Shown here in pieces: positions 25,504 to 32,000 of a stretch of 32,000 nucleotides of DNA (the first letter of the stretch is position 1; each line of letters starts with the position of its first letter). This DNA comes from Nitrospirota bacterium. GTDB lineage: Bacteria > Nitrospirota > Nitrospiria > Nitrospirales > Nitrospiraceae. The notes below the pieces were generated by a model. That model ran no database searches. It saw nothing but the letters and a program-made list of their open reading frames with translations, and was not told the DNA's origin. The translations under genes were made by a program, and so were the position numbers. The stretch is from contig CAVPBK010000005.1 in NCBI GenBank assembly GCA_963701855.1, positions 92,721 through 124,720 on the forward strand, in the 5' to 3' direction.

Positions 25504-26265
25504 ATGAGCGCCACCGGCATTAACTGGTTCAAGTATTCCTCGCCGCAGGCCTTTCACCCTTTGGCCGGGCGGCTGATTCCGTGGTTCGCCGCGGCGGCGC
25601 TTGGATTGAGCGGTGTCGGCCTATACATGGGGTTTTTCGTGGCACCGACCGACGCGACACAAGGTGATGCGTATCGCATTATCTTCGTCCATGTGCCGGC
25701 CGCCTGGATGTCCATGTTCCTCTACGTCATGATGGCCGTGTGGGCCGGGATCGGACTGGGATTGAATGCACGCCCGTCGTTCATGATGGCGCAAGCCATC
25801 GCCCCCACCGGGGCGATGTTTACGTTTTTGGCGCTGCTCACCGGGTCGATGTGGGGAAAACCGACCTGGGGGGCCTGGTGGGTGTGGGATGCCCGGCTGA
25901 CGTCGGAACTGATTCTGCTGTTTCAATATATTGGGATCATCTTGCTTCGGTCGTCGATTGATGATCTACGCCGTGCTGATCGCGCGAGTGCCGTGTTGGC
26001 ACTGGTAGGAGTGGTCAATGTCCCAATCATCTATTTTTCTGTGCGCTGGTGGAACACGTTGCACCAGGGGGCGTCTGTCAGCATCACCGCGGCGCCGAGC
26101 ATGGCCGGGAGCATGGTGACGGCCATGCTCGTGATGACGCTCGCGTTTTGGATGTACAGCTTCGTTGTGACGCTAGCCCGCATGCGGTGCGTGATTGTCG
26201 AGCGGGAGCGACAACCTTCGTGGGGCAAGCCGGCCGCGATCCCAGACGTTGCGGAGGCGCGCTGA
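25504..26265 (+). CDS. ccmC: haem exporter/haem lyase subunit CcmC
   Basis: WWD motif WGAWWVWDARLTSE and conserved flanking His residues. Confidence 0.92.
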   Translation: MSATGINWFKYSSPQAFHPLAGRLIPWFAAAALGLSGVGLYMGFFVAPTDATQGDAYRIIFVHVPAAWMSMFLYVMMAVWAGIGLGLNARPSFMMAQAIAPTGAMFTFLALLTGSMWGKPTWGAWWVWDARLTSELILLFQYIGIILLRSSIDDLRRADRASAVLALVGVVNVPIIYFSVRWWNTLHQGASVSITAAPSMAGSMVTAMLVMTLAFWMYSFVVTLARMRCVIVERERQPSWGKPAAIPDVAEAR

Positions 26266-26420
26266 TGCAGTGGGGAAGTCTGGCAGAGTTTGTCGCGATG
26301 GGCGGGTACGGTCTCTACGTGTGGGTCTCATTCGGGGCCACGGCCCTGTGTATGGGGGGAGAAGTCCTCGCGGTGTGGCGGCGGTCTGTCGCCGCAGCGG
26401 CGAGTCGTGACGAGTTGTAG
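26265..26420 (+). CDS. ccmD: haem exporter protein CcmD
   Basis: MQWGSLAEFVAMGGYGLYVWVSFG is the typical CcmD single-TM peptide. Its ATG shares 1 nt with the ccmC TGA. It is hidden inside the longer track ORF 26049..26420. Confidence 0.8.
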   Translation: MQWGSLAEFVAMGGYGLYVWVSFGATALCMGGEVLAVWRRSVAAAASRDEL

Positions 26421-26435
26421 GAGGAAACTGAGACG

Positions 26436-26903
26436 ATGACACCTCGACGGAAACGGTTTGTTCTCATCGGGCTGGGACTGATTGCCTTGGCCGTGGCGTC
26501 GGCCCTCGTGTTGAATGCGTTCCAAAGCAACCTGGTATTCTTCTATACGCCAACGCAGGCGGCCAATGGGGACGTGCCCCAGGGGCGCAGCTTCCGTATC
26601 GGCGGGATGGTTGAAGCCGGCAGCCTCACCCGCGAAGGCGATGGCCTCACTGTGCATTTTGTTGTGACCGATATGGCGAAGCGTGTGCCTGTGACGTTCA
26701 AAGGGATACTCCCAGATCTCTTCAAGGAAGGGAAGGGAGTAGTAGCCCAGGGTCAACTCGGTGCTAATGGGGCATTTCTGGCAAGTGAAGTGCTAGCGAA
26801 GCATGATGAAAACTATATGCCACCAGAAGCCGCGGATGCGCTCGCCAAGGCCAAGACCGTAGGGGTGCAGAGCAGCGGCACCTTGGTCGTCAATCCACGG
26901 TAG
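26436..26903 (+). CDS. ccmE: cytochrome c-type biogenesis haem chaperone CcmE
   Basis: N-terminal anchor, [28 protein letters not shown] and the haem-binding [10 protein letters not shown]. Confidence 0.92.
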   Translation: MTPRRKRFVLIGLGLIALAVASALVLNAFQSNLVFFYTPTQAANGDVPQGRSFRIGGMVEAGSLTREGDGLTVHFVVTDMAKRVPVTFKGILPDLFKEGKGVVAQGQLGANGAFLASEVLAKHDENYMPPEAADALAKAKTVGVQSSGTLVVNPR

Positions 26904-26912
26904 GGAGCCTAC

Positions 26913-28907
26913 ATGATTCCAGAAATTGGTCATTATGCCTTAATTCTCGCGCTCTGCGTGGCGGTGGTGCAGGGGAGCCTGCCCATCTATGGTGCCGCAG
27001 TGGGAAACGCGTCGCTGATGGCTGTCGCGAAGCCAGCGGCGCGCGGGCAATTCCTCCTTGTTCTACTGGCTTTTTGTTGCCTGGGGTATGCTTTTGCGGA
27101 GAAAGACTTCTCCGTACTCTACGTCGCGGCCACGTCAAACTCGCAACTCCCGCTGCATTATCGCCTTGCAGCCATCTGGGGTGCGCACGAGGGCTCGTTG
27201 CTTCTCTGGATGTTCATCCTTAGCATTTGGATGGTCGCCGTCTCATTCTTCTCCACTCATCTGCCCGATGCGATGCGTGCACGCATCTTGGGCGTCATGG
27301 GCCTCGTCAGTGTGGGATTTCTTTTATTCATGTTGACCGTCTCCAATCCGTTTGAGCGGTTGATTCCGGCGGCTCTCGATGGGCGCGACTTGAATCCGCT
27401 GCTGCAGGACCCAGGTATGGTAATCCACCCGCCGATGCTTTACATGGGGTACGTGGGGTTCTCCGTGGCGTTTTCTTTTGCGATCGCCGCGCTCTTGGGG
27501 GGCACGCTGGACGCGGCTTGGGCGCGCTGGTCTCGCCCCTGGACCACAGTCGCCTGGTGTTTTATGACCGTGGGGGTTGCGATGGGCAGCGGCTGGGCCT
27601 ATTACGAGCTGGGCTGGGGTGGTTGGTGGTTCTGGGATCCGGTTGAAAATGCTTCCTTCATGCCCTGGCTGGCCGGCACTGCGTTAATGCACTCGCTGGC
27701 GGTTACCGATAAACGGGGCGGGTTCAAAGCCTGGAGTGTGTTGCTCGCCATTATGGCGTTCTCGCTCAGTTTGCTCGGAACCTTCTTAGTCCGCTCCGGC
27801 GTGTTGACTTCAGTGCATGCGTTTGCCACCGACCCTAAGCGTGGCTTATTCATTCTCGTATTCCTGGCCGTGGTGATCGGCGGCTCGTTAGTCTTGTACG
27901 CGTGGCGGGCGCCCCGCGTGGGTTTAGGCGGGAGCTTTGCTCTGATCTCGCGTGAAGGAATGTTGCTGGCGAACAATGTGTTGTTGGTTGCGGCTTTGGG
28001 ATCGGTGCTTTTGGGCACGTTGTATCCCTTGTTCTTGGACGCGCTGGATCTCGGAAAAATCTCGGTCGGTCCGCCGTATTTCGACACCGTCTTTCTTCCT
28101 CTGATGACCCCCGCCATCTTTTTGATGGGGGTCGGGCCGCTGGCTCAATGGAAGCAGACGAGCCTGCCGGCGTTGGCCATCCGCCTGCGCTGGGCCTTCG
28201 GCGTCAGTCTGGCGACCGCTGTGGTGGTGCCGTGGCTCATGGGCCAATGGACGCCGCTGATCAGTCTAGGGCTGTTGCTGGCCTTCTGGATTCTGGCGAC
28301 GATCCTGGTGGATTTGCGGGAGCGGCTGCTCCAGGCCGAGGGCGGCGGCAGCATTGGAGGCCGTGTGGCCACGCTGCCCCGTGCATATTGGGGCATGGTC
28401 CTGGCCCACTGTGGTGTGGCCCTGTTCATCGTTGGTGTGACTATGGTGAAGGGCTTCGAAGTGGAGCAGGATGTTCGGATGAACGTCGGTGAGACGGCCA
28501 TGCTTGGCGGCTACACGTTCCGTTTTGACGGGACGCAACAGGTAAATGGCCCGAACTATGTCGCGGCGCGGGGAACGTTTCATGTGAGCCAGGATGGCCG
28601 AGAGGTGACGGTGATGTATCCCGAAAAGCGACGGTACTTCGTGCAGAACCAGACGATGACCGAAGCGGCGATTGCACCGGGGTTATTGCGCGATCTGTAC
28701 GTGTCATTGGGCGAGCCGATCGAGGGCGGAGCCTGGAGCGTGCGGCTCTATCACAAGCCCTTTATAGATTGGATCTGGGGAGGCTGTTTGGTCATGGCTT
28801 TGGGTGGCGTTCTGGCCGTCAGTGATCGGCGCTATCGGCTGGCGTGGCGGCGAAAAGAGGCCGCGGTACCGGCTGCGACGCAGATGGCGCGCACGACCGT
28901 CTCATGA
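26913..28907 (+). CDS. ccmF: cytochrome c haem lyase subunit CcmF
   Basis: MIPEIGHYAL start, WWD motif WGGWWFWDPVENAS, and a polytopic protein of about 660 aa. Confidence 0.93.
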   Translation: MIPEIGHYALILALCVAVVQGSLPIYGAAVGNASLMAVAKPAARGQFLLVLLAFCCLGYAFAEKDFSVLYVAATSNSQLPLHYRLAAIWGAHEGSLLLWMFILSIWMVAVSFFSTHLPDAMRARILGVMGLVSVGFLLFMLTVSNPFERLIPAALDGRDLNPLLQDPGMVIHPPMLYMGYVGFSVAFSFAIAALLGGTLDAAWARWSRPWTTVAWCFMTVGVAMGSGWAYYELGWGGWWFWDPVENASFMPWLAGTALMHSLAVTDKRGGFKAWSVLLAIMAFSLSLLGTFLVRSGVLTSVHAFATDPKRGLFILVFLAVVIGGSLVLYAWRAPRVGLGGSFALISREGMLLANNVLLVAALGSVLLGTLYPLFLDALDLGKISVGPPYFDTVFLPLMTPAIFLMGVGPLAQWKQTSLPALAIRLRWAFGVSLATAVVVPWLMGQWTPLISLGLLLAFWILATILVDLRERLLQAEGGGSIGGRVATLPRAYWGMVLAHCGVALFIVGVTMVKGFEVEQDVRMNVGETAMLGGYTFRFDGTQQVNGPNYVAARGTFHVSQDGREVTVMYPEKRRYFVQNQTMTEAAIAPGLLRDLYVSLGEPIEGGAWSVRLYHKPFIDWIWGGCLVMALGGVLAVSDRRYRLAWRRKEAAVPAATQMARTTVS

Positions 28908-29431
28908 ACCGATTTCTCATCCCGTTTGGGCTCTTCGTCGTCGTGGTTGGTTTTCTTGCTGTCGGACTGACGCTCAACCCGCGTGAATTGCCGTCTCCTT
29001 TAGTCGGGAAGGCGGCTCCTGAATTTTCGCTGCCGCAGCTCCACGATCAAGAGAAAACGATTTCGTCAAACGATCTCAAGGGCAAGGTCTGGCTGCTCAA
29101 TTTCTGGGCGTCCTGGTGCGGGGGCTGCAAGGACGAGCACCCGGTACTCATCCACCTTGCACAATCCGGAGTGGTGCCTATCTATGGCATGGACTATAAG
29201 GATCATCGGAGCGAAGCGCTGGCGTGGTTGAAGGAGTGGGGCAATCCCTATTCGGTCGTCGCGGTGGATGAGCCGGGGCGCGTCGGCATTAATTATGGAG
29301 TCTACGGGGTGCCGGAAACCTACGTGATCGATAAAGCCGGCGTCATCCGCTACAAGCAGATCGGCCCGCTTCGCGAGGACATCTTGGAGAAAAAGATTTT
29401 GCCTCTAGTCAGGGAGTTGCAAAACCAGTGA
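28904..29431 (+). CDS. ccmG: thiol:disulfide oxidoreductase CcmG/DsbE
   Basis: N-terminal anchor, FWASWCGGCKDEHP (WCxxC) and GVYGVPETYVID. ATGA overlap with ccmF. The start is Met21 of track ORF 28844. Confidence 0.9.
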   Translation: MNRFLIPFGLFVVVVGFLAVGLTLNPRELPSPLVGKAAPEFSLPQLHDQEKTISSNDLKGKVWLLNFWASWCGGCKDEHPVLIHLAQSGVVPIYGMDYKDHRSEALAWLKEWGNPYSVVAVDEPGRVGINYGVYGVPETYVIDKAGVIRYKQIGPLREDILEKKILPLVRELQNQ

Positions 29432-29889
29432 GCTGGCTGTGGTTGCTCATGCTGCTACTCCCAAGTTTCGCGACGGCGTATGAGGCTCAGCCGCTCGCTG
29501 TGAACCCGCAGGCGGAGGCGCGATTGAAAGCTCTTGCCGTCGAGCTGCGCTGTCTGGTCTGTCAGAACCAAACCTTGGCCGACTCAAACGCGCCCCTGGC
29601 TGAAGACTTGCGCAGAGAAGTGCGTGAGATGATCGCAAAAGATATGAGCGACAAGGAGATTATCGATTTTCTCGTCACTCGATACGGAGATTTTGTCTTA
29701 TACCGACCGCCCTGGAAGCTCACGACTACGTTGCTCTGGCTGGGGCCGTTTCTCTTATTGGGAGTTGGCGCAACGGGATTAGTGTTTGCGCTACGCAGGA
29801 GACAGAAAAAGGTTACCGACGTGACATTGTCTGAAGCTGAGCATAACCGTGTCGCAAAACTGCTTTCCGAAGGAGTTCATCGCCCTTGA
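29428..29889 (+). CDS. ccmH: cytochrome c biogenesis protein CcmH
   Basis: LRCLVCQNQTLADSNAPLAEDLR (LRCxxCQ motif). GTG start overlapping the ccmG stop. Confidence 0.9.
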   Translation: MSWLWLLMLLLPSFATAYEAQPLAVNPQAEARLKALAVELRCLVCQNQTLADSNAPLAEDLRREVREMIAKDMSDKEIIDFLVTRYGDFVLYRPPWKLTTTLLWLGPFLLLGVGATGLVFALRRRQKKVTDVTLSEAEHNRVAKLLSEGVHRP

Positions 29890-31550
29890 CCATCATATTC
29901 TGGCTGATCGCATCGAGCATGACCCTTCTCATCCTCGGTCTCCTGCTGTGGCCACTGCTGAAACGCACAGTCGCCGTAACGGGAGAGCAGGAAAAGACGT
30001 TGTCTATTTTCCGGCAGCAGTTTGCAGAATTGGGGCAAGATCGCGCCAACGGTGTGCTCACCGACGAATTGTATGAGCAGGCGCGACGTGAGCTTGAACG
30101 CCGTTTGCTGGAGGAAACAGGCACCACAGAGACGACGCCAAAAATGGCACGTCGACAGGTGAGTAGCAGGCCTGTGGCTCTTGCTCTTGCCATCATCGTT
30201 CCGACTGCCAGCGGGTTGCTCTACTGGCAACTTGGAAATCCCCTCGCCATGACGGAGCCAACCGCGGCTTCTTTGTCTGCGCAAGGGGGGCCAGAAGGTG
30301 CGAGTCCATTTTCTGACGGACTTGGCCCACTGATCGAGCGACTCAAGCAGAAAATGCAGCAGAATCCGAATGATGGCGAGGGATGGGCATTGCTCGCACG
30401 TTCGTACATGGGAATGGGGCGTTACGCCGAAGCCGCACTGGCATATGAGAATGCCACAAAACTAATTCCTGATGATGCCCAGTTACTCGCCGATTATGCC
30501 GATGCCATGGGAGTCCTCCATGGCCGTAAGTTGGAGGGAAAGCCTGAGGTCTTGATTCAACAGGCGCTGAAGATCGATCCACGCAATGTGAAGGCACTGA
30601 TGCTGGCAGGGACTGTGGCGTTCAACCGAAAAAACTTTGCTCGTGCAGCGAAGGACTGGGAGCAAGCTCGTGCCAACCTTCCTGCGGACGTAGATCCGGA
30701 GATGACACAGCAACTGACAGCCGCTATCGAAGAGGCCCGAAGCCAACTCGGTGGTGGCCAAAGCATGATGTCTGGGCTTACGGAACCTGCGGCGCCAGCT
30801 CAGCCAGCCGGGCAGCCGCGCGTAATCAAGGGCACGGTGGCGATGGCGCCAAGCTTGGCTGGCAAGGGATCACCGACGGATACATTGTTTGTGTTTGCAC
30901 GCGAAATGAATGGACCACCCATGCCGGTGTCGATCGTGCGGGCGTCGAGAAAAGATTTGCCCTTCACGTTTCAGCTTGATGACTCAACCAGCCCGATGCC
31001 CTCCAGAAAACTTTCCAGCGCAGGCCCTGTAGTGATTGTCGCTCGTCTCTCGAAGTCTGGCCAGGCCATGCCTCAGAGTGGAGATCTAGAGGGGACGAGT
31101 CAGCCGATACAATCAGGGGGGGAGGGGATCGCAGTTGTCATCGATCATGAGAGAATGGATAAAGAATCGGCAGCGCCGGCTCCGCTAGCCAGCCAGACGG
31201 GACAACCGCGTGCGATCAGAGGTACGGTGACTGTGGCGCCGAGCTTAGCCGGCAAAGCATCCGCGACAGACACATTGTTTGTCTTTGCCCGCGAGATGAA
31301 TGGGCCACCGATGCCGGTGGCGATCGTGCGGGCGTCGAGAAAAGATTTGCCCTTCACGTTTCAGCTTGATGACTCAACCAGCCCGATGCCCTCCAGAAAA
31401 CTTTCCAGCGCAGGCCCTGTAGTGATTGTCGCTCGTCTCTCGAAGTCTGGCCAGGCCATGCCTCAGAGTGGAGATCTAGAGGGGACGAGTCAGCCAATAC
31501 AATCAGGGGTTGATGGGATCACCGTCGTCATCGATCGTGAAAGACCGTAA
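29886..31550 (+). CDS. ccmI: cytochrome c biogenesis protein CcmI/CycH with TPR region and a duplicated C-terminal domain
   Basis: Two N-terminal TM helices with a charged loop, and a TPR-like segment (GWALLARSYMGMGRYAEAALAYENA..). Then two copies of the CcmI C-terminal domain (..TLFVFAREMNGPPMPV.IVRASRKDLPFTFQLDDSTSPMP..ARLSKSGQAMPQSGDLEG..). TTG start overlapping the ccmH stop. Confidence 0.88.
   Translation: MTIIFWLIASSMTLLILGLLLWPLLKRTVAVTGEQEKTLSIFRQQFAELGQDRANGVLTDELYEQARRELERRLLEETGTTETTPKMARRQVSSRPVALALAIIVPTASGLLYWQLGNPLAMTEPTAASLSAQGGPEGASPFSDGLGPLIERLKQKMQQNPNDGEGWALLARSYMGMGRYAEAALAYENATKLIPDDAQLLADYADAMGVLHGRKLEGKPEVLIQQALKIDPRNVKALMLAGTVAFNRKNFARAAKDWEQARANLPADVDPEMTQQLTAAIEEARSQLGGGQSMMSGLTEPAAPAQPAGQPRVIKGTVAMAPSLAGKGSPTDTLFVFAREMNGPPMPVSIVRASRKDLPFTFQLDDSTSPMPSRKLSSAGPVVIVARLSKSGQAMPQSGDLEGTSQPIQSGGEGIAVVIDHERMDKESAAPAPLASQTGQPRAIRGTVTVAPSLAGKASATDTLFVFAREMNGPPMPVAIVRASRKDLPFTFQLDDSTSPMPSRKLSSAGPVVIVARLSKSGQAMPQSGDLEGTSQPIQSGVDGITVVIDRERP
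30789..31547 (+). repeat. tandem direct duplication (about 390-bp unit) inside ccmI
   Basis: 30931-31105 is identical base for base to 31321-31495 (175 bp, checked by reading both copies). The 5' portions of the two units (30789-30930 and 31170-31320) are clearly more diverged. Confidence 0.9.
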
Positions 31551-31783
31551 CGCCGAGAAGTCCACGGGCTGCTCTCTTCCATTGCCTCGCATGCTGCACT
31601 CCTGCCGCTGATCCGTCACGTATCGTTAGGGCGCTCTGTTTATTGCAGTAAACCGCCAGATTTATTGCACAAGCCCACTTGACATATTCCGATGTATGCT
31701 GAGATATATATGTGCGCTGTTCGCTAATCGATAAGTTTGCTCAGGAGCGTAGTGATGTGTTTTTACAAACGGGGAGTACGCAC

Positions 31784-32000
31784 ATGGTCAACAAGTTTTG
31801 GCTGAGGTGTAGTCTGCTGGTCTGCGGCGTGCTGCTTATTTCAATGGGAACTGGATATGCGGAACCGGCAGCGCCGGCCAAATCGTCAGGACAGTCGCTT
31901 GCGATCAGCGGCAAGGTCAGTATTGCGCCGAGCCTTGCCGGCAAGGGGTCCGCAACGGACACGTTATTTGTGTTTGCCCGTGAGACGAATGGCCCACCGA
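31784..32000 (+). CDS. 3'-partial ORF: secreted protein starting with a third copy of the CcmI C-terminal domain
   Basis: GGGGAG lies 7 nt upstream of ATG 31784. MVNKFWLRCSLLVCGVLLISMGTGYA is a signal peptide. EPAAPAKSSGQSLAISGKVSIAPSLAGKGSATDTLFVFARETNGPP then parallels both ccmI repeats. It runs off the window end and is absent from the ORF track. Confidence 0.7.
   Translation, partial: MVNKFWLRCSLLVCGVLLISMGTGYAEPAAPAKSSGQSLAISGKVSIAPSLAGKGSATDTLFVFARETNGPP

Noticed and set aside
1-32000. Search for sigma54 (-24 TGGCAC / -12 TTGC) promoters, given two NtrC-type regulators
   Set aside because: TGGCAC or TGGCAT occurrences (for example near 9548, 11024, 12769 and upstream of 23495 on the minus strand) lack a correctly spaced GC/TTGC -12 element, or lie inside genes. 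None is reportable.
1-32000. CRISPR arrays, tRNA and rRNA genes
   Set aside because: There are no regularly spaced repeats of 25-40 bp; the only periodic repeats are 9-bp units and the ccmI coding duplication. No T-loop or cloverleaf-like sequence was seen in the intergenic regions.

Overview
Bacterial chromosomal window dominated by a nitrification, copper and haem gene island. Left third (1-8.6 kb): housekeeping-type genes (a partial nuclease-fold ORF, a small Lrp/AsnC RAM-domain protein, a sigma54-dependent two-component pair, malQ, transketolase) plus an IS3 orfA relic. Middle (8.8-14.2 kb): nirK co-oriented with a signal-peptide-bearing group I truncated haemoglobin. This is followed by a decayed zone holding a defective IS3-family element, a 5'-truncated and frameshifted second nirK, and relics of a histidine kinase and an NtrC-type regulator. 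Right (14.4-32 kb), minus strand: amoCAB (ammonia monooxygenase), an intact IS1595-family element with perfect 20-bp inverted repeats wedged between copD and amoC, copC-copD (copD fused to cytochrome c and thioredoxin-like domains), and three tandem AmoD/AmoE(PmoD)-like genes. Divergent from these on the plus strand is a complete System I cytochrome c maturation operon, ccmABCDEFGHI. Its ccmI carries an internal tandem domain duplication and is followed by a free-standing paralogue of that domain. Gene content and order fit what I recall for complete-ammonia-oxidising (comammox) Nitrospira rather than betaproteobacterial ammonia oxidisers. That assignment is inference from memory, not a database search. 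No rRNA, tRNA or CRISPR array was seen. All motif calls were made by eye from the supplied translations.
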